Of a stretch of DNA of 64,000 nucleotides, positions 19,919 through 30,248 are shown piece by piece (position 1 is the first letter of the stretch; each line of letters begins with the position of its first letter). The notes under the pieces were generated by a model. It searched no databases. It worked only from the letters and a program-made list of their open reading frames with translations, and was not told the origin of the DNA. A program made the translations under genes and the position numbers. The DNA comes from an uncultured Planctomycetia bacterium (lineage in GTDB: Bacteria > Planctomycetota > Planctomycetia > Pirellulales > Pirellulaceae): contig CAWCAJ010000007.1 in assembly GCA_963793465.1 (NCBI GenBank), positions 177,282 through 241,281 on the forward strand. Reading direction: 5' to 3'.

Positions 19919-20420
19919 CTACTGGTTGCGGCGAAACCTCAACTCCATCTCAAGGACCGCAATGTTGGGGGGTACCAATTGAATGGTGTGATCATCGATG
20001 AATGTCACCGTGGTTTCGGTGATTTCATCAAACAGATCGCATCTCAATTTAGCAACCTGGCGTTTTTTGTCCCATGACAATACGGACCATTTCCCTACTT
20101 TGGGCTTACCGGTGGAAGCCATGGGGAAATCCGTGTAGGTCTCCAACCGTCCATTGGTGTGAAATACCAGCGACATGCTGCCAGTCGCTTGACCATCCGC
20201 GACGGAATCGAACAGGTTCTCCGCCTGTTCACTGGCCTGTTGCGCGGCATCATCCGGACGAACTTGCTGCGCGTCGATAATCGCTTCCGGAGGCAACATG
20301 TCCCAACGGCCCTTCAGTTTGCTGAGCAACTTCGCTGCGGCAGCCGCTGCAAATGACCAGGCACAGCAATATGAGGCAGCCAAACGGCATTAATGAGGAC
20401 AGGGAAGTTTTTGGCAACAT
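19919..20420 (-). pseudogene. hypothetical lipoprotein, frame broken between signal peptide and mature domain
   Basis: The ATG at 20420 opens a lipoprotein signal (MLPKTSLSSLMPFGCLILLCLVICSGC) in one frame. The 154-aa body ORF (19919..20383, TTG start, ...KLKGRWDMLPPEAIID...) is in another frame. The two overlap around 20335-20383. Confidence 0.5.
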
Positions 20421-20559
20421 GGCAGCACGCCAGCAGAGCGACGAATTCTGGCAAAGTTTAACAGTTGTAGCGATTTTACTGATTGTAGGGAGATGGCCTT
20501 CCGATACTCAATGGAGAAAACCCATAGCATTACCCCACAACAATCAGGGAAACAGTTTG

Positions 20560-21318
20560 ATGTTCCGTATATTGTCAATCACGATCACTCTGGCGACGAT
20601 TCTCTCGATGTCAGGCTGTGTCTTGGGCCCATGTGGCGGCGGCGGCAATTGCAATGATTGCGATGGACTGGCGCAAAACCATCTGCATTGCACTCCCGGT
20701 GATTCATTTCGGGCTTGGCGACGCAGCTTGACCTGTTCGGCCGGATGTGGGGAAACCTATTACGACGAATGGTATTCGACGCCTCCGGATTGTGTGGACC
20801 CTTGTCCGCAAATGGCCTGTGCCGGCGGTTGTGGTGGAGCCTGCGGAGGCGGGTGCCATGATTGTGGCTGCAGTGACGGTTGCGGAGGCGCCTGCGGTGG
20901 CGGTGGCGTGGGCTGTGGCATCCGTCCGCTGCGTGCGGTTACCCGTTTGGTAACCGGGCTTTACGGCAAACGATTCTGCGGAGCCTGTGGTTACAATTTT
21001 GACGATTGTTGCTGTGGCGGTTCCGATGCCGGTTACATCGAGATGGGCGAATTGCCGACCGGTGAGTACATGGACGGCGGTTATATCGAGGGTGGGCCCA
21101 TGATGGACGGTGGTTTTTCGTCTGCTCCGAAACGCGGCACTCCCATGCAGCGTCAGGTGCGGCGTTCGCCCGCCTACGAACAGGCCATGGCTCGTCAACA
21201 GTCGCCCCGCCCTCAAACCCATGGAACGCCCGAACGCGTTGTCTATCCCGAAGATCCCAACAGCAACCTGTACCGTCAGGCGAGTCGCTTGCCACAACGG
21301 GCTCCGACGTTGCGATGA
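20560..21318 (+). CDS. Cys/Gly-rich lipoprotein, function unknown
   Basis: ATG at 20560 gives MFRILSITITLATILSMSGC (lipobox). This is followed by CGETYYDEWYSTPPDCVDPC and repeated GGCGGACGGGC tracts. The C-terminal third is Pro/Gln/Arg-rich. Confidence 0.65.
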   Translation: MFRILSITITLATILSMSGCVLGPCGGGGNCNDCDGLAQNHLHCTPGDSFRAWRRSLTCSAGCGETYYDEWYSTPPDCVDPCPQMACAGGCGGACGGGCHDCGCSDGCGGACGGGGVGCGIRPLRAVTRLVTGLYGKRFCGACGYNFDDCCCGGSDAGYIEMGELPTGEYMDGGYIEGGPMMDGGFSSAPKRGTPMQRQVRRSPAYEQAMARQQSPRPQTHGTPERVVYPEDPNSNLYRQASRLPQRAPTLR

Positions 21319-21343
21319 TCGCGCTGCCCCACTGACCTGTTCC

Positions 21344-21411
21344 CTGAACCGTTTTCTCACCTGAACCGTTTTCTCACCTGAACCGTTTTCTCACCTGTAC
21401 CGTTTTCTCAC
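21344..21411. repeat. 17-bp tandem repeat x4 (CTGAACCGTTTTCTCAC; 4th copy CTGTACC...)
   Basis: Read directly. Sits between the stop of the Cys/Gly-rich gene (21318) and the terminator hairpin. Confidence 0.95.
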
Positions 21412-21418
21412 CAAGCTC

Positions 21419-21447
21419 GGCCACGCATGCTGCAGGCGTGGCCTTTT
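21419..21447. terminator. rho-independent terminator between convergent genes
   Basis: 8-bp GC-rich stem GGCCACGC / GCGTGGCC (21419-21426 and 21436-21443), 9-nt loop, then TTTT. Confidence 0.7.
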
Positions 21448-21477
21448 GTGTCTCCCGAGTCTCAAGTGAGCAGGGAC

Positions 21478-21831
21478 CTAACCGGGTGGCCATTGTAATT
21501 CACGCCCGGCCAGTACATGGAAGTGCAAGTGGTGTACGGTTTGACCAGCGGATTCACCACAATTGCAAATCAGTCGATACCCATCCTGAATTCCCAGTTC
21601 ACGAGTCAGGGACTGGATCGCCATCAACAGATGTCCGGCCAGGGCCTGATCTTCCGGGGTCAACTCATCCAGGTTGCGAACCGGTTTCTTGGGAATCACC
21701 AGGATGTGGGTAGGGGCCTGCGGAGCGATATCCCGGAACGCCAGGCAGTGTGGGTCTTCATAGACAATGTCGGCTGGAATTTCGCGGTCGATGATGCGAC
21801 TGAAAATCGTCTTTTCCGGTTCTGTCACCAT
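21478..21831 (-). CDS. histidine triad (HIT) family protein
   Basis: 117 aa with the HIT motif HLHFHVL and a conserved N-terminal FSRII..EIPA. Confidence 0.9.
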   Translation of the reverse strand: MVTEPEKTIFSRIIDREIPADIVYEDPHCLAFRDIAPQAPTHILVIPKKPVRNLDELTPEDQALAGHLLMAIQSLTRELGIQDGYRLICNCGESAGQTVHHLHFHVLAGRELQWPPG

Positions 21832-21868
21832 TCTCTTCCCCAGTTGCAGTTGGCGGTTAGCTGGGTGG

Positions 21869-23284
21869 CTATCTGCGGATCGTCACCTGCGATCCGCTGG
21901 AAAGGATGCCGAACACGTCCTGGGCATCGCGACTGCTAAGACGAATCGACCCGCGTTGGTCCTGTTGACCGGGCAGTGGATTGGATTCGTGAATCGCCAG
22001 GCTGTCATTCAGCCCAATCCAGAATTTTCCATAGGGGTTGTTGACCGCGGCAGCGGCAATGCGTTGACCGTCTTGGCCGGTATATTCCTTGCCCGGCAGT
22101 TTTTGCTCCACCAGGAAGCTTCCATGCTCAATACCGGGGCCATCCTGCCCCAGTTCAATCTGGAATCTCCCGGCATACATGCCTTTCAAAAACAGGGTCA
22201 ATTCCTGAGCTTCCAGGTTGACCACCGCGTTGAAGGGCCCTGCGATCGCTTTCAATTCGGTCCCGGGTACCAGTTGGCTGGGGTCACCGATCTTGCTGCG
22301 ATTTACATTGTAGATCAATTCCGCTGGGACATTCCAGGCAGCCGCAATCGAATCCAGTGTGTCATTTTGCTGAACAATGTACGGGCTGCTAAGCAACAGG
22401 TGCTCGGTAGAATAGATCACCTTGCCGGCCAAGGCATCCAACCAATCTTGTAGTTGCAGGCGTTGGTCCTGAGGCAGGTTCTGTTCGTAGTGCAGGGAGA
22501 GTTTTTGCAATGCCTGCAAGGGTTGACCGGAATTGGCCAGTTCACTGATTCCCTGCCAGTCGATCGTGGTGGGATGCAGATTCGGTGGCTCAGTGGTGGT
22601 GCGATTTGGAATCGAACGAAATTCCTCCGACATTTCATCGAATGTGTTTTTATCGGCCACCTTTTCCTGCACCCTTTGACCAGAGCCGGGAAAGCCTTCC
22701 GAATCTGGTTTGGGGACGACCGGCGTCATCTTCGTGGAAGGGTTGGGATTGAAGGCCCCTCCGTTGCTACTGATGCCCGCGTGGCCATTGGGGATTGGCT
22801 GAGCGTTGGATAGCGGTGGGGAGGTGGAGCTCTCCGGCGCCAGGGCTGGCGGCGTCATGGGTGTGGCAAATGGCTCCTCGGTCGTGTTGCCCGGTCCAGT
22901 TCCCCAAGGGGCGGGAGACTCAAAATTCCCTCCCGCCAGGGCCTCAGGGTCCCGGACTTGACCCCTTGGGAGCTCGGGAACGGTTTTCGGATCGCCGACC
23001 AGCGGGGGTGGATTCAAGGCAGGCATCTTGGGGAGAGTCGCAGAGCCAGAATCCTCAGGTAGTGGGGGCAGTTTCGGTGCCTGCTGAAAAGAGCTGTCGT
23101 CCAACCCCGGTAAACCGGACATGGCCAGTGCGGCATCACCGGTCCGCGGCCCGACGCCGATATCGAGTGTTTCCGTATCATTGTTCGCCTCAACAGACGG
23201 ATCGGGTGTCGCAATCACCTGATAAGCTCCGTACGACACGCCCATCAGCATGACGATCACAAACAGGTTTTTGACTGAATTCAT
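21869..23284 (-). CDS. LysM domain / L,D-transpeptidase (YkuD) fold protein
   Basis: N-terminal TM anchor (start at the ATG at 23284), a long Pro-rich linker, a LysM segment (YIVQQNDTLDSIAAAWNVPAELIYNVN), and a C-terminal YkuD-like domain (...AIHESN...RGSIRLSSRDAQDVF...GSQVTI). Confidence 0.8.
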   Translation of the reverse strand: MNSVKNLFVIVMLMGVSYGAYQVIATPDPSVEANNDTETLDIGVGPRTGDAALAMSGLPGLDDSSFQQAPKLPPLPEDSGSATLPKMPALNPPPLVGDPKTVPELPRGQVRDPEALAGGNFESPAPWGTGPGNTTEEPFATPMTPPALAPESSTSPPLSNAQPIPNGHAGISSNGGAFNPNPSTKMTPVVPKPDSEGFPGSGQRVQEKVADKNTFDEMSEEFRSIPNRTTTEPPNLHPTTIDWQGISELANSGQPLQALQKLSLHYEQNLPQDQRLQLQDWLDALAGKVIYSTEHLLLSSPYIVQQNDTLDSIAAAWNVPAELIYNVNRSKIGDPSQLVPGTELKAIAGPFNAVVNLEAQELTLFLKGMYAGRFQIELGQDGPGIEHGSFLVEQKLPGKEYTGQDGQRIAAAAVNNPYGKFWIGLNDSLAIHESNPLPGQQDQRGSIRLSSRDAQDVFGILSSGSQVTIRR

Positions 23285-23409
23285 AACAGTTCTCCAGACG
23301 GTCGGATGGACACAGGTGCAAGTGGCACCGACGTGTCGCCTGTGCGGCATTCATTGTGCAGGATGAATGGGCAAAACTACGGTCCACGAAAAAGAAACAC
23401 ACTATCGGT

Positions 23410-23451
23410 TGCTCGCAGGACAACGTCGGCTGCTCGCAGGACAACGTTGGC
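23410..23451. repeat. 21-bp tandem duplication (TGCTCGCAGGACAACGTYGGC x2)
   Basis: Read directly. Flanked by the inverted hexamers CTATCG (23402-23407) and CGATAG (23451-23456). Lies upstream of the LysM/YkuD gene. Confidence 0.9.
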
Positions 23452-23549
23452 GATAGCGAAGGGCGGGATCCTAGAAAGATCACGAAACAGTGGCCAGATC
23501 AATCGCTTTTTTCTCAAGTCCGGCGACCGACTTGCCGACAGAGCGTTGC

Positions 23550-24885
23550 TCAGCGAACCGCATCGGGGTCATCGATCGAGCGGCCAGCCCGCAATTTTTG
23601 GCGAATGTCCTGGAGTCGTGTTGCCAGGACCTGTTCGAAACCGCGATCCACCGGTTGGTAGTAAATTCGTTCGACTCCCAGATAGTCCTGAGCGGCCACC
23701 CCATCTTCCGCTTCGTGAGAATACTGATACCCCTGACCGTGACCCAATTCCTGTTTGGCGGCTGAGTAGTGACTGTCCCTTAAATGTCGAGGGACGGGCA
23801 ACACGCGACCTTCCCGGATATCCTGCCGGGCGGCGCCGATCGCCAGGGTGGACGCATTGGATTTCGGCGCAAGCCAGGTAGGTTACGGTTTGCGACAGCG
23901 TCAGCTGGCACTCTGGCAATCCGATAAACTCGCAAGCCTGCATGCAACTGACCGCCAAAGGCAAAGCCCGGGGATCCGCGTTACCGATATCTTCGCTGGC
24001 CAGAATCACCAGCCTGCGGCAAAGAAACCGCACCTGTTCACCACTTTCCAACATCCGCGCCAGCCAATAGATCCCGGCGTCCGGGTCGCTTCCCCGAATG
24101 CTCTTGATCAATGCACTGATGGTGTCGTAATGGGTATCGTCGTCCTGCAGCAGCGAACGGCAGGCCAGAGAATGGGCCAATACCTCGGTTGTCAGGTGCA
24201 GGGGTGATTCGTTACCCAGCACGGCCGTCTCCAGCATTCCCAATGCCCGGCGAGCGTCCCCATCGCAAATCCTGGCGATCGTCTGCAGGGCATCAGCGGT
24301 GGCCGTTACCCGGGTCTGGCCCAGCCCATTATCGCTGTCGGCAATCGCCCGTTGCAACAAATTCACGATATCATCCTGCTCCAGGGGTTCGAATTGAAAC
24401 ACCTGGCTGCGGCTGACCAAAGCGGCGTTGATCGCGAAATAGGGGTTGGCCGTGGTGGCGCCCACCAAGCTGACAATACCCTGTTCCACATCCGACATCA
24501 CGGCATCCTGCTGGGCCTTGTTAAAGCGATGAATCTCGTCAATGAACAATAACGTGGCCGGTCCGCCGGCGGCCAGCTCGTCACGGGCCCGTTCCAGCAC
24601 GCCACGTAGCTCCTTGACTCCGTGCAGCACCGCGTTGACTTCGCAGAATGTGCGCTGCGTCGCGGAAGCCAGAATTCGGGCCAACGTGGTTTTACCGGTG
24701 CCCGGTGGACCGTAGAGAATGATCGATCCCAGCCGATCTGCCCGGATCAGCCGACGCAACAACCCGTCCGGACCGAGAACGTGCTGCTGGCCCACAAATG
24801 CATCCAGGCTGTGGGGCCGCATGCGAGCCGCCAGTGGCTGGGCGGCCTTGAGCGCTTGTTGTTCTGCCTTTTCGAAAAGTGACAT
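23550..24885 (-). pseudogene. rarA: replication-associated recombination protein A (RarA/MgsA), frame broken near 23866-23873
   Basis: The N-terminal frame has Walker A GPPGTGKTT and Walker B LFIDEIHRFNK. After ...TVTYLACA the conserved continuation APKSNASTLAIGAARQDIREGRVLPVPRHLRD...GYQYSHEAEDGVAAQDYL...YYQPVDRGFE is found in another frame (track ORF 23550..23804 and its upstream extension). Confidence 0.85.
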
Positions 24886-25109
24886 GACGACAATTTAGGT
24901 CAACTTGACAAGTCACTCAACGGGCCCGGCGAGCCCGCATTCAACTGTTCCGGCCGTTATCGTGGCCGCCGTCAGCAGTGGCAGTCAGCTTATTCGGGAA
25001 AATCGGTCGGGGGCACACGGTGCGGCCGCGTCCTACCCGCGGGGCCCTGATTTGCGGATCCCGGCCAGATAACCGGGCCCGCACACATGGACCCGCGGTC
25101 GATTGACCG

Positions 25110-25787
25110 CTAACCGGCCACCAGGAACATCGCCAGCATGGAAAGCCACACGATGTCCAGAAAATGCCAATACGCGGCGCAATGCTCGACGGCATAATTC
25201 CGTTCATGGTCGTAGCGACCGCGGTAACCCTGAACAATCACCCAGCCCAGAAAGACCAGGCCTCCCACGACATGCAAGGCGTGCAGGAAGGCCATCGTAA
25301 AACAGATACCAAACACCTTGGTGGATCCATCCCGGGCCGCAAAATGCTCAACCCACAATTCATGCATCCCCGAAGACTGAATGGCCAGAAAAGCAACTGC
25401 GGCCACCCAGGCGGCCAGCAACCAGCGTCGAAATGCCGTCTGATACTCACGCCGAATGCACCAGACCGCCCGCTGCAGGAAACCGCTGATTCCTACCAAA
25501 GCGATGGTGCTGACCCAAAACGAAGTGGGTAATTTCAAGGCCAGGTATTCGCGGGAGATCGGCTGAAAGGACTGGGATCGGATGACCCCATAACTGACCA
25601 GGCCGGCGCAGAAGAAGACCGCCAGTGACGCCAAAAAAAGGTAGAAAATCAACTTGGCTCGATAGACATCACCCCGCGAAGCGATCAGTTTGATCGACGT
25701 GTTAATCGGGGGAGGATTACCCAGTCGTGTGCGAGTTGCCCCGACAGTGGGTAGCCTGCCCTCAAATTCTTGTTCAGAGCCAGACAT
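25110..25787 (-). CDS. heme-copper oxidase subunit III family protein (second copy)
   Basis: 225 aa, 5 or more TM, with a C-terminal motif AAYWHFLDIVWLSMLAMFLV typical of CoxIII. Last gene of the oxidase operon. Confidence 0.75.
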   Translation of the reverse strand: MSGSEQEFEGRLPTVGATRTRLGNPPPINTSIKLIASRGDVYRAKLIFYLFLASLAVFFCAGLVSYGVIRSQSFQPISREYLALKLPTSFWVSTIALVGISGFLQRAVWCIRREYQTAFRRWLLAAWVAAVAFLAIQSSGMHELWVEHFAARDGSTKVFGICFTMAFLHALHVVGGLVFLGWVIVQGYRGRYDHERNYAVEHCAAYWHFLDIVWLSMLAMFLVAG

Positions 25788-26241
25788 CTTGCGTTGCGAT
25801 CATCGAGGGTTGAGTGACCCCCTCTGCCAGTGACGCCGCAGGCATCGGTTGGCTGAAACCCACTTCGGAACCAGGAGGCCCGGTGCGTGGAATACGGGGA
25901 TCGGGTTGTTTGTCCTGCGGGAAGCTGTCGATGTTCTCGCGATAGGACCCGGTGTCCATTAGAGTGAAACCGATAAACAGCGACACGAAAAACAGGGAAG
26001 AGAAAAAAGCCACCACATTGAAGCCCTTTTCCCAGAACATGTGCATGAAAAACAGGCAAACCAGGGAGGCTTTCAAGGTGGCAATGCCCATGGCCACCCA
26101 GATATCCAGCGCTCCCAAGGGTAGATCGTTCAGAACCACGGTCAGGATTGTCAGCGCGACCAGAGTAAAGAACACAGCCAGCAACAATTTTACGGGCACC
26201 GGGTGGGCAAATCCATCGTGGTCGTGATGGGCTTCAGTCAT
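25774..26241 (-). CDS. cytochrome c oxidase subunit IV (prokaryotic caa3 type)
   Basis: N-terminal HHDHDGFAHPVPVKLLLAVFFTLVALTILTV followed by three TM helices, as in bacterial COX4. Has a ~55-aa hydrophilic tail and overlaps the next gene by 14 nt. Confidence 0.7.
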   Translation of the reverse strand: MTEAHHDHDGFAHPVPVKLLLAVFFTLVALTILTVVLNDLPLGALDIWVAMGIATLKASLVCLFFMHMFWEKGFNVVAFFSSLFFVSLFIGFTLMDTGSYRENIDSFPQDKQPDPRIPRTGPPGSEVGFSQPMPAASLAEGVTQPSMIATQDVWL

Positions 26242-26296
26242 GGAAATATCTCCGGGTCAGGACACGCCGTCCCACCAAAGGATCTGTGAATTGGGA

Positions 26297-27328
<1,032 letters not shown>

Positions 27329-27377
27329 TGAGGGTTATGGATGCTTGGAAATCACGGCACGGATCCGTGGGGCGTGA

Positions 27378-29084
27378 TCAGGTTGTGGTGGGTTCAACCA
27401 CCGGTTTTTCGGGTACTGCGGGCGTCGTGAAATCTCGCTGCACATAGGTGTCCAGTTCTTCGTCGTAGACCATGGCGCTGAAATCGTAAGGGTCATTCAT
27501 GGCCACTTTGTGATCAAAGTTGTGGAAGGAGGGCGGCGAGCTGGATTGCCATTCCAGCGAGGCAGCTCCGAAGGGGTTGCCGCCAATCTTGCGTCCGTAG
27601 AACACTGCGTGGACCAGGACGCCAAAGGCCAGCAGGATACCAAACCCCAAAACGAAAGCACCCACGGTCGAGGCCTGATGGAAGATCTCAAATTCTGGGT
27701 CGTAGCGGGCGTAACGGCGGGGCATGCCACGAGCACCCATGACAAACTGGGGGAAAAAGGTCAGGTTGAATCCCACGAATACCAGGAAACAGCCAACTCG
27801 CCCCAGGAAATCGTTGTACATGCGGCCAAACATCTTCGGCCACCAGTGGTAGAGCCCACCCAACAGGGCCGTCAACGTTCCGCCCACCATCACAAAGTGG
27901 AAGTGAGCCACGACAAAATAAGTGTCGTGCAGGTGAATGTCCGTCGACAGGGTGCCCAGGAACAGCCCTGTCAATCCACCGATTCCAAACAGGAAGATAA
28001 AGGACAGGGCGTAGCACATGGGCGTGACCAGTTTGATGGAGCCCTTATACAAGGTCGCCAACCAGTTGAAAACTTTTACCGCCGAGGGAATGGCCACCGA
28101 AAAAGTAATGGCACTGAACACCAGAGTTACCAGTTGGCTTTGGCCGCTGGTAAACATATGGTGCCCCCACACCAGGAATCCCAGCAGAGCGATGGCCACG
28201 CTGGAAAAAGCGATAAACGAATAGCCAAAGATCTTCTTGTGGCTGTAAACCGAAATCAACTCGCTGATGATACCCATGGCCGGCAGGATCATGATGTACA
28301 CCGCCGGATGGGAATAAAACCAGAAAAAGTGCTGGAACAGTACGGGGTCCCCGCCATAGGCGGGGTCAAAGATACCAATATGCATGGCCCGTTCGGCAAT
28401 CAACAGCAACAGGGTGATCCCCAGGACAGGCGTTGCCAAAATCTGGATGATGGCCGTGGCGTACAGCGACCAGATGAACAGGGGCAACTTGAACCAGCCC
28501 ATCGTCTTGGGCCGCATGGTGTTGACGGTCACCAGGAAGTTCAGTCCCGTAAAGATCGAGCTGAACCCCAGGATAAAGGCACCCATGGTGGCATACATCA
28601 CGCCGGTGGTGGTGGCGATACTATAAGGCGTATAGAACGTCCAGCCCGTGTCCAGTCCATTGGTGACCATGGCCGTCAACAGAAAACCGGTGCCGATGAC
28701 CCACAGGTAAAAACTGCACAGGTTCAGGCGGGGAAAAGCCACGTCCTTGGCTCCCAGCATCATGGGCAATACGAAGTTACCCAGGGCTGCCGGGATGCTG
28801 GGAATGATGAAAGCAAATACCATGATCGCCCCGTGCAGGGTGAACATCTGGTTGTACTGGGCTTCCGTCAGGAACATCTTTTCACCGGTGAACAACTCGC
28901 TCCGCAGCACCAGCGCGAACACGCCGGCCAGGAACAAAGCGACGGTCACACCGATCAGGTACATCACGCCAATTCGTTTGTGATCCAACGTAAAGGCCCA
29001 GGACTTGATGCCCTTGCTGGCGGTCAGGTAGTTGTTCTTTTCAGCGTGGCCAAAAAGTTTGTGAGCTTGGGGTGTTGCTGACAT
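27378..29084 (-). CDS. ctaD: cytochrome c oxidase subunit I
   Basis: [27 protein letters not shown] and VAHFHFVM motifs. 568 aa with 12 or more TM. Confidence 0.95.
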   Translation of the reverse strand: MSATPQAHKLFGHAEKNNYLTASKGIKSWAFTLDHKRIGVMYLIGVTVALFLAGVFALVLRSELFTGEKMFLTEAQYNQMFTLHGAIMVFAFIIPSIPAALGNFVLPMMLGAKDVAFPRLNLCSFYLWVIGTGFLLTAMVTNGLDTGWTFYTPYSIATTTGVMYATMGAFILGFSSIFTGLNFLVTVNTMRPKTMGWFKLPLFIWSLYATAIIQILATPVLGITLLLLIAERAMHIGIFDPAYGGDPVLFQHFFWFYSHPAVYIMILPAMGIISELISVYSHKKIFGYSFIAFSSVAIALLGFLVWGHHMFTSGQSQLVTLVFSAITFSVAIPSAVKVFNWLATLYKGSIKLVTPMCYALSFIFLFGIGGLTGLFLGTLSTDIHLHDTYFVVAHFHFVMVGGTLTALLGGLYHWWPKMFGRMYNDFLGRVGCFLVFVGFNLTFFPQFVMGARGMPRRYARYDPEFEIFHQASTVGAFVLGFGILLAFGVLVHAVFYGRKIGGNPFGAASLEWQSSSPPSFHNFDHKVAMNDPYDFSAMVYDEELDTYVQRDFTTPAVPEKPVVEPTTT

Positions 29085-29162
29085 GTTGTCACCTTTTATT
29101 CCATTGAACTGAAGTCAGTTCGAAAATCTCTGCTGGTTGTCGATGAGTGGCTGGGGCTGGTC

Positions 29163-30248
29163 TCAGTTGGCACCGTCCACCGCGGCTTCTTCCAAAAGTT
29201 TGCGGGCTTCTTCCGCCGGCAAACTCAATTCGTCTTCCAGGTCGACCCCGGAAGTCAGTGTCTTGATGTAGGCCCGCAGCCAGAAAATCTGATCATCATT
29301 CAGTTTGCCCTGAAAAGATGTCATCTGGTTTTGATATCCGGAGACCAGTTTGGCGGCCGGGTTCAACAGGGATTCGCGAAAGTAGTTGTCATCCACGATC
29401 ACGGTCGATCCGTCGGAAAGGGTTTCCTGCTTGCCCCAAATACCGCCCAGGCCGGGACCGGTTTTCTTTTCCTCGTTGGGGTTGTGACAGCCGGCACATT
29501 TCATATTGAAAAGCCGTTTTCCATTCTCGATGGGCGTCTGCCCGGGCCAGTCGTAAAAGGTTGCCGCGTCCCGCTCTTCGGGCGTGTTATGCACGGTCAC
29601 GTTGGTTTTCATCTGACTGTGACTATCGCCACAGTACTCGGTGCAATACAGCCGAAATACACCTTCCTTGGTGGGCTTCACCCAGCAATAGGTGTAACGA
29701 CCAGGCACCAGATCCTGCTTCTGACGGAAGGCAGGCACAAAGAAGCTGTGCAAGACGTCACGGGATTCCATCACAAACTGAGTGGGTCGGTTCCGCACCA
29801 AGTGCAGATCGGGGGTGGAGTCACCATTGGGATAGTGGAACTCCCAGTTGAATTGCCGACCGATCACCTGAATCTGCTCGGCGTCACCGGGCACAATCCG
29901 CTGGTTGAAATAGCCGCGGGCACCATCTACAAAAAACCAGATCAGCAGAAATCCCGGTAACACCGACCAGGCGATTTCGAGGGCCGTGTTGTGGGAGGCG
30001 CTCTTCTCGGCCCTGTGTCCCGGGCGATCCCGGTATTTGATCACAAAGTAAACCATGGCGCCGACGATGCCGGCAAAAAAGACCAGGGAAACCCAGAAAA
30101 TCAACATGAACAGACCGTCCACGTCATTGGCAAACGTGGAGGCATTCTCCGGGAACCAGTAGGAACCGGCATGCTCGGTGCGAGGAGGGGGCGGGATCAG
30201 GCTGTCGGTTTCTGCGGCTTGTGCCAACAGGGAAATCAGGTTCATCAT
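29163..30248 (-). CDS. ctaC: cytochrome c oxidase subunit II with C-terminal cytochrome c domain (caa3 type)
   Basis: CuA site CTEYCGDSHSQM, a C-terminal CAGCH heme c motif, and two N-terminal TM helices. Confidence 0.9.
   Translation of the reverse strand: MMNLISLLAQAAETDSLIPPPPRTEHAGSYWFPENASTFANDVDGLFMLIFWVSLVFFAGIVGAMVYFVIKYRDRPGHRAEKSASHNTALEIAWSVLPGFLLIWFFVDGARGYFNQRIVPGDAEQIQVIGRQFNWEFHYPNGDSTPDLHLVRNRPTQFVMESRDVLHSFFVPAFRQKQDLVPGRYTYCWVKPTKEGVFRLYCTEYCGDSHSQMKTNVTVHNTPEERDAATFYDWPGQTPIENGKRLFNMKCAGCHNPNEEKKTGPGLGGIWGKQETLSDGSTVIVDDNYFRESLLNPAAKLVSGYQNQMTSFQGKLNDDQIFWLRAYIKTLTSGVDLEDELSLPAEEARKLLEEAAVDGAN

Noticed and set aside
20704-21360. 218-aa minus-strand ORF opposite the Cys/Gly-rich gene
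   Set aside because: GC-rich Gly/Cys codon repeats are open on both strands. The plus-strand frame has a lipoprotein signal and a terminator, and the minus-strand frame has neither.
21344-21411. Possible CRISPR array (regular 17-bp repeats)
   Set aside because: The units are directly adjacent with no spacers, are far shorter than CRISPR repeats, and no cas genes are present. This is a simple tandem repeat.
30124-30248. Genuine 125-nt overlap between sco and ctaC
   Set aside because: The overlapping tail of sco has non-protein-like composition. A one-base change in a homopolymer yields a clean ATGA-coupled junction, so a frame error is the more economical explanation.
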